This document shows positions 25,328 through 35,728 of a DNA stretch of 48,773 nucleotides, one piece after another. The notes below the pieces were generated by a model. The model was not told where the DNA came from. It saw only the letters and a list, made by a program, of their open reading frames with translations, and searched no databases. The translations under genes were made by a program, and so were the position numbers. Positions within the stretch are counted from its first letter, which is position 1. Each line of letters begins with the position of its first letter. The DNA is from a virus. Lineage: Duplodnaviria; Caudoviricetes. The DNA lies in the IMG/VR virus record IMGVR_UViG_3300037422_000199, positions 1-48,773 of that record; one strand, 5' to 3'.

Positions 25328-26572
25328 TTACGAGATGGGGTTGACGGACTCGATGCGGATGTACCGAGGGCCTGACACGTTCGTTGCCGAGGTGCCCTGG
25401 CCGACGATAACGGCTCCGAAGAAGCCCTTCCAGCCGATGGCCGAGCGCTGGTGCAGCTCGTCGCCCGGACCGCCCGGAGCGGTGTAGTACGCCTCAATGC
25501 TACCCCAGTCTCCGAACACGTAGCTGTTGGGGCCGAAGATGTGCGTCGAGTTGACGTCATACACCTGCGACCAAGTGGCAGCCGTGATGTTCGTAGTGTG
25601 GTCGATGGTCGAACCGTTGAGCGTGGCAGAGAGCATGAACGTCGTGGACGTCAGGTTCGAGCCGATGACGTAGTAGTTCGTGGCGGTTGAAAGGCCCGAG
25701 CCACCCGTCAGGGCAGAGAACCGAATGCGCATCCCGGCCGACAGCCCGTGGGCCGTGGAGGTCGTGATGATGTCCGACGAGGCCACGGAGGTCGTGGTGC
25801 CTCCGTAGTTGTTCGTGCTGACCTGCGCGAGCTTCTGCCCGGCCGAGGCCGAGGCGATGAAGCGAACGCCGGCGTACTCGCCCATCTCGCCCGTCATGAG
25901 GGCGCGAGCCCCGGCGTAACGAGCGGCGTCAATCCACCCACCGACGGACGTGTCCGACTGAAGGTCGAAGACGGCGCCCGGATGGACGATTGCGTGGTAC
26001 GTGCCGTCCCCGAAGGTCGGGACGAGCCCGGCCTGAAGCAGGGCGACGGCGCGCTTGACGAGGGCTCCCGTCAGCGGGGACGACCCGATGGGGAACGTAA
26101 CGGAGCTGGTGGCGCCGTTCGCGTAGATGACGTTGGTGCCCGTGATGAGCACTTCGGCAACACGCTTGTCGGCGGTGGCGATGGCGTTGCGGGCGACGCG
26201 GTCGGCCGCCTCGCGCATCAGGTCGAGGGGAGACTGCAGCACGGCGATGTCCGAAAGGGACACCCACCGGCCGGCCTGGTTGGCCGAGAACTCCTCGTAG
26301 CCGAAGGCGAGGGCCTCACCGTCCGGCGTGACGGCTTCCGTGAGCCACGGAGGCGTGCCGGGGGTCGGGGTCCCTGCCACGACCGAGAGGTCGGGGACGT
26401 TGAGGAACCGCATCGTGTTGTTGGTGCCCTTGACGAACTCGGCCTTCAGGTAGTTGGCCGGGTCGATGTGGGGCAGCGGCGCACGAAGCAGCTCCTGGCG
26501 GCGCTTATGGACCAGAGCAACGACCGTCTGGTTGAAGTTGGTCGTGCTGGTCTTGGTGGTCGTAGTAGCCAC
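25328..26572 (-). CDS. Major capsid protein (N4 gp56-like, HK97 fold) with inserted module
   Basis: LTEAVTP; YHAIVHP...DL; GEMGEYAGVRF; DELHQRSAIGWK; follows the scaffold. Confidence 0.9.
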   Translation of the reverse strand: MATTTTKTSTTNFNQTVVALVHKRRQELLRAPLPHIDPANYLKAEFVKGTNNTMRFLNVPDLSVVAGTPTPGTPPWLTEAVTPDGEALAFGYEEFSANQAGRWVSLSDIAVLQSPLDLMREAADRVARNAIATADKRVAEVLITGTNVIYANGATSSVTFPIGSSPLTGALVKRAVALLQAGLVPTFGDGTYHAIVHPGAVFDLQSDTSVGGWIDAARYAGARALMTGEMGEYAGVRFIASASAGQKLAQVSTNNYGGTTTSVASSDIITTSTAHGLSAGMRIRFSALTGGSGLSTATNYYVIGSNLTSTTFMLSATLNGSTIDHTTNITAATWSQVYDVNSTHIFGPNSYVFGDWGSIEAYYTAPGGPGDELHQRSAIGWKGFFGAVIVGQGTSATNVSGPRYIRIESVNPIS

Positions 26573-26607
26573 TGGATGTCGGTCTTTCTACCCCTGTGTG
26601 GGGTGAC

Positions 26608-27138
26608 TTACCTCGGGACCTCGAAAGTGCTGAGCCGGCGAAGGATGTCCTCGCTGGTTTCCTCGGCGGGGTTCTCGATGTTGCGCCCCGAGTTGTTGGG
26701 GACTGGCTTGGGCGTTGGTGCAGGGGCCTCGACCCCGGTGAACCGGGCCTCCGCCTCCGCGAGCTTCTCCGCGCTCAGACCCGCCGCAGCCTCCCCGAGG
26801 ACGGCGAACGTCTCCGGGTACTGGGCCTCGATACGGGCCAGGTGCGCATCCTTCCGAACTGCGTTCAGTTCAGCATCCTTCGCCGCGAGCTGTGCCCTCA
26901 GAGCCTCGTCGGCCCCGACCCTGCCCGCCTCGTACTCGGCGAGCTTCGCCTCGGCGGCCTCCGCGCGAGCGTTGGCCTCCTTGCGTTCCTTGGTCAGGGC
27001 TGTGACCTTTGCGTCCAGACCGGCGTTGCGACTACGAAGCGTAGTGACCTCGTCGGCGACCGGGGGAGTGCCAGCACCCTCAGAGGGCTCCTGGGCCTCG
27101 TCCCCGGCGGACGAGGTGCCTGCGTTCTCGTCAGACAT
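26608..27138 (-). CDS. Capsid scaffolding protein
   Basis: Acidic N-terminus, coiled coil, position before the MCP. Confidence 0.75.
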   Translation of the reverse strand: MSDENAGTSSAGDEAQEPSEGAGTPPVADEVTTLRSRNAGLDAKVTALTKERKEANARAEAAEAKLAEYEAGRVGADEALRAQLAAKDAELNAVRKDAHLARIEAQYPETFAVLGEAAAGLSAEKLAEAEARFTGVEAPAPTPKPVPNNSGRNIENPAEETSEDILRRLSTFEVPR

Positions 27139-27144
27139 GATGCG

Positions 27145-27174
27145 ATGTTACCTCCTAGAGTTGAGGCCTGTCAA
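27145..27174 (-). promoter_or_regulatory. Canonical sigma70-type promoter TTGACA-N18-TAACAT for scaffold/capsid
   Basis: -10 ends 6 nt before the ATG at 27138 (leaderless geometry); a GGAGG also lies in the spacer. Confidence 0.6.
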
Positions 27175-30100
27175 GGTGACAGCGCCTCCAGCAGTTGGCT
27201 CAACGCGTCCTGGAGGGTTGGCTCCAGGTCCGTGCCCTGGACCGGCCCCTCCCGCGCGTCGAGATTGGGTCCCTGCCATATCTGGTCAGGCTCCTCTTCG
27301 GGCTGCGGATGGATGAAGACCTCGTCGAACTCCTTTGCTGCTGCGTGTATCTGATTGTACGGCCGCATCGGGCTGATGACCTCGGCCGACTTCGTCACCG
27401 AACGGTAGAAGTCCGGCGCTCCCGGGGCCACCCCCTGCGCGGCGGCGTTGTCCATGGTGAGCCCCTGGTCCGCCAGGTCGCGCATCCACGCCGGCCAGGC
27501 GGCGCTGACGTCCCACGGGAGGCTCGGCAGGAGGTACCCCAGCATCCAGAGCATCTGGCTGGTACCGGCCTTCTCCATCATGGCGTCGAACTCGGGGTCC
27601 AGTTCACGCTGGAGGGCGACCGCCCGCTGGACGTCATGCATCGCGTAGGCGGCAGCGCCCGTGCGCACGCCGAACGGGCGCTGCGCGATGAACTGCACAA
27701 CCTCCGGCAGTATCTTGCCCCACATGTAGGAGGCCGGATAGATGCCGAACATCGGGTGGTTGACGCTGCGCTCCAGCATTGTCCGCGACTGGGCAAAGTA
27801 CTGCAGGCGGAAGGCGTCCGACCACTTTCTTCGCATTGAGTCCGCGACGGCAGTGTACAGGCGCTGCTCCGTCAGGTTGAAGGGCACGGCGCCCTCCGTC
27901 GGGATGCCGCCAAGCTCCTGCAGGATGCGGGCGTAGGGACTCTTCCCGCCCTTGAACAGGCCCTGGGCCACGACGGCGTCCACCCACCTGCTGAAGTAGC
28001 GGTGCGCCCGGATGACGTCCGGATTGACGGTCGGGGCGGGCGGCTCCTTCCAGAGGCCAGTGTCGGCCAGGATGCCGCGCAGCTCTTCCACTGCCTCCTC
28101 GACAGTCTGCGGCCCCTCGTTCGTCATCCGCCCGGGGGGCACGTCCTGCGTTCCGATTGGGAGGCTCTCGTCGATAACGAGGTCCTCGGCAACGACCGGG
28201 CGCTCGTCGATGGCCCGCGCCTTAGCCCGCCAGTCGGGGTCGGTGGCCAGGCTGTTCCATTCGCCCATCATCTCATCGGCGTCGGCATGCGAGTATTCGG
28301 ACAGTCTGCGGTGCGCCGGCGAGCCGTCGATGCGCCTAGCGAAGTCGTTGTAGGCCTTGAACCGGCGAGGCACGCGACCCCTGGCCGTCCGGGCCGTCGG
28401 CCCGGCGAACCTGGCGTCGCGCCGCATGTGGCTGTCGATTAGGTGCCCCAGCTCGTGACGGATGGTCCCAGCCGGCGTCACGTCGGCGCTGAAGGTCGCC
28501 CCGATGTTGGACTCGCGCGGCACGTCAATCCGCCAGACCGGGTCGAAGAAGTGCGTCTTCGTGCGCGCCAGCTCCTCGCCCTGCGCGATGCCGGCCCATA
28601 TGTTCTCGTAGTCGTCGTTGAAGTACTGTCGGTTCAGGACGATGACCCCGTGACCCTCATCCATTCCGGTCGCCAGAGCGGGCGTGTCATCGACGAGGTC
28701 CGTGTACTTCGACAGGTCGTCCACGCGGATGTGGTCGATGTTCACTCCCGGATACTCTGCCTTGACGCGCGCGAACGCACCGAGCACCTGGTCCTTCAGG
28801 GCCGGTGGCAGGGCGTCAATGGAGTCATCCACGGTCTTGTCGAAGCTGAGCACGAACGGTTGGACGCCGTTGGCCTCGGCATCGACCGACGGCCGATAGG
28901 TGAAGCTGATGGGCTTGTCCATTGGCCACAGCTCGTTGGCCTCTACGGCCGAGCGCGGCAGGTTGGCCGCGAAGATGTCGCCCTCTGTGGCGTCAAGGCC
29001 GTCGATGATGGAGCGCCCCAGCCAGTCGTCGCCGCCCTCCTCCCACATGCGCAGGACCTCGGCCTGGTCGAGCCGGACATCGCCACTGTCAATGAGGCGC
29101 TTCAGGTCGGGCTTGAACTCCAGGAGCAGGGCCTTCTTGGCCGACGGGTCCAGGTGCGAACTGAACATCTTGGCGAGCTGGTTGACGAGCATGTCGCGGG
29201 TGCCGAGGTACTCACCGGCCTCGCCGACCGGCGCTGCTAGCGTGTCCAGGACGGACTCCTCGATGCCGCGCAGGAGCCTCACGGACTTGCCCAGGTCGCC
29301 GATACCCCCCTCCATCCCGTTCTGGATTACGGGGGACCAGACCTGGCTGGCGAACTCGACGGGACTGACGCCGCGCAGGTCGGCAGCCGCTCCCACCATG
29401 TCCTGGAGCTGCCGCGCCTCCCTGCTTGTCAGGTTGTACCGCTTGGTGGCCTGCTGCCAGAAGCCCTCCCACGAGAAGTCGAGCGCGTTGCGCACCCTGC
29501 GCACGTAGTCGGGGTCGGCGCCGTGGCGGAACAGGGAGTCCTCGACCTGCAGGATGAGGTCTTCGCCGGTCTCCTTGGCCTCGGCGATGGCGGCGCGCAG
29601 TTCGCCCTCGTTCTTGATGGCCTTGCCGGACCTCGTGCTCCAGCCCAGCAGCTCCGTCATCCCGTCGATGTCGAGCGGCCTAATCTCACCCATGTGCCCC
29701 GGAGTCGCCCAGGTGCCCGGCGCCATAGAGGCCTTGAAGTCCGCGATGTAGTCTACCTTGCCTCCGGAACGAAGGACGCGCTGGACCACGATGTCGTTAC
29801 CGAGCATCTGCTCGCCGATGAGCTGCACGGCGAAGTCGTCGTCACTGAGGAGCACGCCCTGCTTCAGTTGGGCGTTGGCCTTCATCTCGTCGAACATGTT
29901 GCGCCCAGGGTAGGCCTCGTCCCAGGCGCTACGCATCTCCTTGCCCAGTCCCTTCTTGAAGGTCCGCAGCATCGAGATGCGCTTCGTCCCCTGGACGTCG
30001 GTCAGGGACCTGGCAAACGAGACGACCCTCTGAAGGGCGCCGCGCTCCTGTACGGACATCTCGGCCATCTTCTTGCCGAACAGAACCTGGGCGCTGTACT

Positions 30101-33100
30101 CGAACTGGTCCGCCATGTCGCCCATCCGGGTGAGCGAGAGACCCGTCATTCTCTCCAGGTTCCGGGCAAGCACCACATCCGACGGCGACATCTTTGCGCC
30201 CGTGGCCAGCATGGCGCCCCGTTGCGCGTTCAAGACCCAGGGCTCAATCTTCTCCTGTGCCTGGAAGACCACGTTGAGGCGGAACTTCAGGAGCGGGTAG
30301 GCGTGCTCGGCAATCTGCCCCAGGAAGTTGATGCCCGTCTTCTCGCCGACGATGCGCTTGGCCGCACCGGTAAGACGCTGGGTCGCCCCGACGAACCGGA
30401 TGTCACCCTCATAGGCGTCGAGCACGGCGGCCAGAAGGTCGCGCTCCGTGAAGTCGGCCGGCGAGAAGCGCCTGGGGATGAGCCCCCTGGCCACGTCCAT
30501 CATGCTCGTCGGCGACAGGCCTCTCGGATTGGCGATGGTGCGCGTCTGCCCGACATGCTCGCGCAGCGCCTCCAGGATGGACCTGGCCTCCGTATCCGTG
30601 AACCCGTGCTTCGTGGTCAGGGTGGCCTCGAACCGGGCGTTGGCTGCCTCGGCAATCATCGTGCCTGAGACGTTCGACTTCAGGGTTCGCAGGCCGGCCT
30701 CCATGTAGTCAACCGGCTTCATGGCGATGCGCCCCAGGCTTCGCTTAGACGTCGGGTCGCCCAGGATGGGCTTGCCCATGAAGTTGAGGTCAAGATAGCG
30801 TCCCGCTCGGTATCCGGGGCCAACGCCCTCTATGCCGACATGGTCCACCCACACATCTCCCACCGGAGCGTATCGGCCGCCGGCCGTGTTTACGCGGTCG
30901 AGGCCCCACAGGTACTCGTCCTCGGGCCGGAAGCCCAGCGTGTAGGCGCCCTCGATGTTGTTCTGTAGTTCCTGAAGGGAGGTGTGCAGGCCGGCCGACT
31001 CCTCGTCCGTGACCTGCATCGGCAGGTGGTCCACCTTACGGCTGAGCCACTGCGCGAACCGCTCCGCGCTGGCAATCGGGTTGGCGGAGTTGAACGAGAA
31101 GTACCGTAGCTCGGGGTACAGGCGCTGTGCTTCGGTAATCTCGGCGATGACACCCGCCCTGTCGCCGGCTGCAATGGCCTCCCCCAGGCGGCTCAGGATG
31201 CCCTCCGCGCCCAGGCGTGTGAGCGTGTCGCGGCGCAGTAGGACCAGTCGCTGAAGCAGGCCGGTGTCCAGGGTGCCGGCCCCCTCGCGCATGGCGATGG
31301 CGACACCGTCTACGAGCTGCTGCGTCGCCCTGCCGTAGGTCGAAGCGTGCAGCATAGAGAGCTGGTCCTCGTTCATCGTGTTCAGGATGGCGCGCCACTC
31401 ATCGGGCTCCTTCACGCCGTACATCTTGTGCATGCGGACGGCGAGGTTGTCCATCGCCGCCTCGTCGAACGCGCGAATGCGATGGCGCTGGCCCTCCTCT
31501 GTAATGAGTCCCAGGATATCCTTACGCCGACCCTGCATCATCTCGGCGACGACATCATCCGGGCTCCGCGCTATCAGGCCGGGCAGGTTAGCCTCGCCGC
31601 TAGCCAGGGTGGCGTTACGGGCGTCTATGCCGATGACTCGGCGCGTCAGGTTCCCCGCGTAGATGGCGAAGTTATCGACGAACTGGTTGTACAGTTCGGG
31701 ACTGATGTCGTGTAGTGTTTCCAGGACTTTCAGGTGGTTCCCGAACCCGTAGGACTGAACCACCGCCTTCGACGCGGTATCCGACAACAGGTCTACGCTG
31801 CCGGCAGGCAGACGCAGGTCGATGGCGTGGAGGGGGTCAATAACAGTCCGGGCGGCCTTGGAGACCCGACCGATTGCGGTGCCGTCGAGGCCACCGTACA
31901 GCACGCCGAGCCTGCGGAACCCGGCCGTGACCTCCTCCGTCTCGCCGAGCCTTCCGAGCACGTTCAGGCGCGCCGAGGAGCCGCGCGTCACGACGGTGGC
32001 AGCCCGGGCGCCTTGGAGGGCCTTCGTGGCTTCGGCGAGCCGCGCAGCGGCGTCCACTTTGGAGAGCCCCGAGGCTGCGTCGTATGCTGCCTGCGCCGCC
32101 TTCAGCCCCTCCTGCGCCCGGTTGAGGTTGGCAACGACGCTCACGCCCGTCCGGCCGCCCGTGGCCAGTCCAGCAGCGCCCAGCGACGCGACGTTCAGGG
32201 GGTCCGTGGCGAATGTGCCGGCAATCTGCAGCCACTGCGAGTGGGACAGTCCGGCCCCGTGGGAGGCCAGGTATGTCAGTCCCTCATCTTCGGTCCAGTC
32301 CCCCGCCGCTACGCGCTCGTACACGAGCTGCTCGACCGGCAGGAGCTTGCCGTATTCCTCCGGGTCGTCATCTCCGAACGCGAACCTCCCCTGCGCCCCC
32401 GAGCCGACGCTCATAATCTCCTGGAGACGGTTCATGTTGTTGGTCTGAGGCTTGGCCGCGCCGGCAACGCCGCGCTCGGCGACGCGCTGGGCGGCCCCCA
32501 GGCCACCAAGCAGGTTCGACACCGAGTCCGCGACGGATGCCGGCGGCGCATACAGGCCAGAGAAGAGGTCGGGCCTCTCCATTGCCTGGACCTCCTGGTA
32601 GGCGCGAATGGCCTGGGACTTCTTCGAGTCCTCGTTCGAAAGGATGCCGGTCCCGAAGAGCCCCTTGTCCGCTCCCGCCTCAGCCATGAACTTATCGCGC
32701 CACTCCTGCGGGATGGCCTCGAACTGCTCGTTCAGCCGTTGCCCCTGGGCTGCCGCGCTCGGGTCTAGGTAGTTCGGGACCCGCTCGGCGAGCCCCCCGA
32801 GCCCGCCCAGGAATGCGTCCGAGGCGGTCGCCAGGCCGCCTCCGAAGAAGCGGGTCAGGTCGCCGGCGATGGGCACGTCCCCGATGAGTCCTCCGTGGGT
32901 CAGCTCGCCCTTCTCGTTGGCCACCGCCTGGTCCGTGCCGAATAGGGCCACCTTCAGACCTCTGATGAGGCCGCCGGTCTCTTCGGTTGCCCCCTCCAGG
33001 GAGCCGCCGGGGTCAAGCGGGTTGACGCTATACGTGCCCGGCGTCGCACCCCATTCGGGCGGGTCCGGGGGCTCCCAGGGCACGCCGACGGTGCCCGTGG

Positions 33101-33176
33101 ACGTGTCCCATGGGCCGCTGAGACGGCCGGATGAGCTGAACCCGCCCTTACTGGGCCTGAAGTCGTAACCGGCCAC
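27171..33176 (-). CDS. Giant (2001 aa) probable internal virion/ejection polyvalent protein with zincin domain
   Basis: Mostly helical; DPLNV..LG hydrophobic patch; TIRHELGH plus SEYSHADADEMMGE. Confidence 0.7.
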   Translation of the reverse strand: MAGYDFRPSKGGFSSSGRLSGPWDTSTGTVGVPWEPPDPPEWGATPGTYSVNPLDPGGSLEGATEETGGLIRGLKVALFGTDQAVANEKGELTHGGLIGDVPIAGDLTRFFGGGLATASDAFLGGLGGLAERVPNYLDPSAAAQGQRLNEQFEAIPQEWRDKFMAEAGADKGLFGTGILSNEDSKKSQAIRAYQEVQAMERPDLFSGLYAPPASVADSVSNLLGGLGAAQRVAERGVAGAAKPQTNNMNRLQEIMSVGSGAQGRFAFGDDDPEEYGKLLPVEQLVYERVAAGDWTEDEGLTYLASHGAGLSHSQWLQIAGTFATDPLNVASLGAAGLATGGRTGVSVVANLNRAQEGLKAAQAAYDAASGLSKVDAAARLAEATKALQGARAATVVTRGSSARLNVLGRLGETEEVTAGFRRLGVLYGGLDGTAIGRVSKAARTVIDPLHAIDLRLPAGSVDLLSDTASKAVVQSYGFGNHLKVLETLHDISPELYNQFVDNFAIYAGNLTRRVIGIDARNATLASGEANLPGLIARSPDDVVAEMMQGRRKDILGLITEEGQRHRIRAFDEAAMDNLAVRMHKMYGVKEPDEWRAILNTMNEDQLSMLHASTYGRATQQLVDGVAIAMREGAGTLDTGLLQRLVLLRRDTLTRLGAEGILSRLGEAIAAGDRAGVIAEITEAQRLYPELRYFSFNSANPIASAERFAQWLSRKVDHLPMQVTDEESAGLHTSLQELQNNIEGAYTLGFRPEDEYLWGLDRVNTAGGRYAPVGDVWVDHVGIEGVGPGYRAGRYLDLNFMGKPILGDPTSKRSLGRIAMKPVDYMEAGLRTLKSNVSGTMIAEAANARFEATLTTKHGFTDTEARSILEALREHVGQTRTIANPRGLSPTSMMDVARGLIPRRFSPADFTERDLLAAVLDAYEGDIRFVGATQRLTGAAKRIVGEKTGINFLGQIAEHAYPLLKFRLNVVFQAQEKIEPWVLNAQRGAMLATGAKMSPSDVVLARNLERMTGLSLTRMGDMADQFEYSAQVLFGKKMAEMSVQERGALQRVVSFARSLTDVQGTKRISMLRTFKKGLGKEMRSAWDEAYPGRNMFDEMKANAQLKQGVLLSDDDFAVQLIGEQMLGNDIVVQRVLRSGGKVDYIADFKASMAPGTWATPGHMGEIRPLDIDGMTELLGWSTRSGKAIKNEGELRAAIAEAKETGEDLILQVEDSLFRHGADPDYVRRVRNALDFSWEGFWQQATKRYNLTSREARQLQDMVGAAADLRGVSPVEFASQVWSPVIQNGMEGGIGDLGKSVRLLRGIEESVLDTLAAPVGEAGEYLGTRDMLVNQLAKMFSSHLDPSAKKALLLEFKPDLKRLIDSGDVRLDQAEVLRMWEEGGDDWLGRSIIDGLDATEGDIFAANLPRSAVEANELWPMDKPISFTYRPSVDAEANGVQPFVLSFDKTVDDSIDALPPALKDQVLGAFARVKAEYPGVNIDHIRVDDLSKYTDLVDDTPALATGMDEGHGVIVLNRQYFNDDYENIWAGIAQGEELARTKTHFFDPVWRIDVPRESNIGATFSADVTPAGTIRHELGHLIDSHMRRDARFAGPTARTARGRVPRRFKAYNDFARRIDGSPAHRRLSEYSHADADEMMGEWNSLATDPDWRAKARAIDERPVVAEDLVIDESLPIGTQDVPPGRMTNEGPQTVEEAVEELRGILADTGLWKEPPAPTVNPDVIRAHRYFSRWVDAVVAQGLFKGGKSPYARILQELGGIPTEGAVPFNLTEQRLYTAVADSMRRKWSDAFRLQYFAQSRTMLERSVNHPMFGIYPASYMWGKILPEVVQFIAQRPFGVRTGAAAYAMHDVQRAVALQRELDPEFDAMMEKAGTSQMLWMLGYLLPSLPWDVSAAWPAWMRDLADQGLTMDNAAAQGVAPGAPDFYRSVTKSAEVISPMRPYNQIHAAAKEFDEVFIHPQPEEEPDQIWQGPNLDAREGPVQGTDLEPTLQDALSQLLEALSP

Positions 33177-33177
33177 G

Positions 33178-35727
33178 TTACATCAGCCGGTCCCACTTCC
33201 ACTGCGGCGTCGGGGACGGAGTGGAGGTGGGAGGGGTCGAGGACGGCGGCGGGGGCGCCTGATACGGCTTGACGTCAGCTCCCGGCGTGGCCCCTGGGGG
33301 CGGGGCCGCAGCAGGTGTTGGAGGAGGCGCTGCCGGCAGCTTCAGGCTGCCCTGCAGCCGGAGAGTAACGCGCTCGTCAGTCTCCGTGCCGGCGAACCTA
33401 GTGAGCAGGTTGGAGCCGGGAACGGTGGCCCGGCCCAGGGCGGCCATCTGTGTTCCGTCGAGGCGGTCCAGCTCCAGGTTGGCCCTCCAGCCCCGGTCAT
33501 ACCAACCGCTCACGTCGGCGCCAGCCTTCTCGGCCTGCCTTACGATACCAACCAGGGACTCCACATCCTTCCGCCAGGCCTTCGCCATCGCGGCGAAGTG
33601 CCTCTCCGGGCTCGCCCTGAAGTCGAGGGCGGCCTGGGCTGCCTCGACCTGGCCCCTGTACTGGGTGAACTGCTCGATGCTCTTTGGGTCGCCGACCGGG
33701 GCGCCCGTCTTCTGGTCGATGGTGATGCCGGAGGCCTCAGCCGCCTCCCGTTCAATCTGCGCCCTGAACAGGGGGTCGTTCTTCAGGGTGTCAAGCAGCC
33801 GGGCGCCCTCCGGGAGGGAGAACACGGCCGCCAGGGTGGGGCTGAAGAACTCCGTCGCCGGGTTCTTTCCGCGCGTAGCGGCGCGCGTCGGGTCGGTTCC
33901 GTCGATTACCGCCGCCGGGTCGAGGTAAGGCCGTCCCTGTCCAGGACTGCGGGTCGCCCGCCGGATGGTTACGCCGGGCACGTTGCCCTGCGCGACGTAC
34001 TTCGACAGGTCGAGGACCATCCCCCTCTCCCCACGGATGAGGCCACCCGTCGCCTCCGGGTCCCAGGGGGGCTCAGACGAGAAGACCTGGCGGCCGTCGA
34101 TACCCGTGTAGCCGAAGACTTCGACAACCTGCCCACCAACATTGACCTGGTACACGTTAGCGACGGGCAGGTCGTTGTCCTTGGCCATTGCCTGGCCGGT
34201 AGTCGGGTCTGTTGCGTACACGCGCACGGGAACGCCTACCACCATGACGGCCTGGGGCGTACCGGAGGCTGTTGGGGCGTAGACGATACGCGGGTCACCC
34301 TGAATACTTGCCGCAACGGCGTGGATGTCCTCCATCCGCGCGACGCCCAGGCTCGGACCGCCGGCTGTTGGCGTGAAGGAGCCGTCCGCGTTGTACTCGC
34401 CGGTCGTGACCTGGTAGTTGTGGGGGTCGTTCTTCAGTTGCACCGCCTGTTCGTCCCAGGCGGCGAGGAGTTCCGCATTCTTCGAGACCTCGCCCTTGAA
34501 GTCGCTGTCCTTGCTGACCATCTGCGTGAACGACTCGGCGAGGGTAACCGTGCCCTCGACCTGCTGGGCTTCGTTGTAGAGGGCGTTCTTCGTGGTCGCA
34601 TCGTTAGCGATACGCGGGTCCTCGGATAGCGTCATCAGCTTGGCCTGGTATGCCTGCCAGGCCTTGACCTTCGCGTCCGGCAGAACCTGGTCGCTGTTGA
34701 AGACCTCCAGATAGGCCTCGCGAGCGTTCATGTAGTCCACCTGAACCGGCCAGGCGTTGACCTGGCGTCCGAGGGTGTCGAGATAGTCGCGCTGCTTCGT
34801 GAAGCTGTTCGCGTCCGTAACGTGACCCGTCTCGTTAGCGAGGTCGATACGCTTCTGGACCTGCTGGCGCTGGGTCAGCAGGGCTGACCTCACGTAGGCC
34901 AGGTCTACGGTCCCGTTGAAGCTCCCGTCCAGCTTGGTAAGTCGGTCTACGATGTCCCTGCCCGTGACAGGAGTGCCATCGGCCTGGTTGAACAGGACCT
35001 GGTCCGTGGCCTCCTGCCTGGCTCGGGCGGACCGCTCCAGTCCGGACTCCCCCGACCCCAGGGTGAACGGCGTAATCATCTGCAGGAGGCGAGTCATCTG
35101 CTCGGGGTCGCCCGAGTCGAACTGGGTCAGGTCGGAGTTGGAGCCCGGTCCGGCAATGAGGCCCGCGATGCCCCTACTGCCCTGCTGGGCCATGGACGTC
35201 AGGACGTCGATAAGAAACTCGCCCTGCCGCTCGTTCCTGTGGAGGGCTGCCAGCTTGTCCTGGTAGGCCTGCTCCTTACGCTGCCGAGCGAACGCGTCGG
35301 ACCGGGACCTTGCGGCGCGCGTGAACTGCGCGGCGTCGCGCTGAAGCACTCGGTAGAACTCGCTGTTCTTGGGCACCTTCTTGGCCCACCCCAGGTAGAA
35401 GGCGGCCATCTGGCCGTCCGACATCCTGCCCTGCGCATAGGCGGTCGAGGCCTTCGACTCGGCGATGGCGTACTCGTACTGCGTAACGGCGTTCTTGAAC
35501 GTGTCGTACATAGGGTCGTCAGGGGAGACGCCCTCCATGCGCTCGCGCCAGTGTGCGAGAACCCTCTCGTCCGTGACGGGCTTGCCCTCGAAGTTGCCGC
35601 CCTTCTCCCAGGCGGACATGATGTTCTGGTCGCGCTGCTGCTGCATCTCGCGAGCGATGGCGATGAGGGTGTTTGTCAGGTTGGGGGCCGCCCTCGGCTG
35701 GCGCCCGAACGTGCCTCGGCGCGCCAC
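33178..35727 (-). CDS. 849-aa probable internal virion protein
   Basis: MARRGTFGR start, helical N-half, Pro-rich tail; between portal and the 2001-aa gene. Confidence 0.65.
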   Translation of the reverse strand: MARRGTFGRQPRAAPNLTNTLIAIAREMQQQRDQNIMSAWEKGGNFEGKPVTDERVLAHWRERMEGVSPDDPMYDTFKNAVTQYEYAIAESKASTAYAQGRMSDGQMAAFYLGWAKKVPKNSEFYRVLQRDAAQFTRAARSRSDAFARQRKEQAYQDKLAALHRNERQGEFLIDVLTSMAQQGSRGIAGLIAGPGSNSDLTQFDSGDPEQMTRLLQMITPFTLGSGESGLERSARARQEATDQVLFNQADGTPVTGRDIVDRLTKLDGSFNGTVDLAYVRSALLTQRQQVQKRIDLANETGHVTDANSFTKQRDYLDTLGRQVNAWPVQVDYMNAREAYLEVFNSDQVLPDAKVKAWQAYQAKLMTLSEDPRIANDATTKNALYNEAQQVEGTVTLAESFTQMVSKDSDFKGEVSKNAELLAAWDEQAVQLKNDPHNYQVTTGEYNADGSFTPTAGGPSLGVARMEDIHAVAASIQGDPRIVYAPTASGTPQAVMVVGVPVRVYATDPTTGQAMAKDNDLPVANVYQVNVGGQVVEVFGYTGIDGRQVFSSEPPWDPEATGGLIRGERGMVLDLSKYVAQGNVPGVTIRRATRSPGQGRPYLDPAAVIDGTDPTRAATRGKNPATEFFSPTLAAVFSLPEGARLLDTLKNDPLFRAQIEREAAEASGITIDQKTGAPVGDPKSIEQFTQYRGQVEAAQAALDFRASPERHFAAMAKAWRKDVESLVGIVRQAEKAGADVSGWYDRGWRANLELDRLDGTQMAALGRATVPGSNLLTRFAGTETDERVTLRLQGSLKLPAAPPPTPAAAPPPGATPGADVKPYQAPPPPSSTPPTSTPSPTPQWKWDRLM

Positions 35728-35728
35728 G

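Noticed and set aside
18866-25805. Repeated insert as an intein or intron
   Set aside because: No N-terminal Cys/Ser with C-terminal His-Asn splice motifs, too short, and conserved at the protein rather than RNA level
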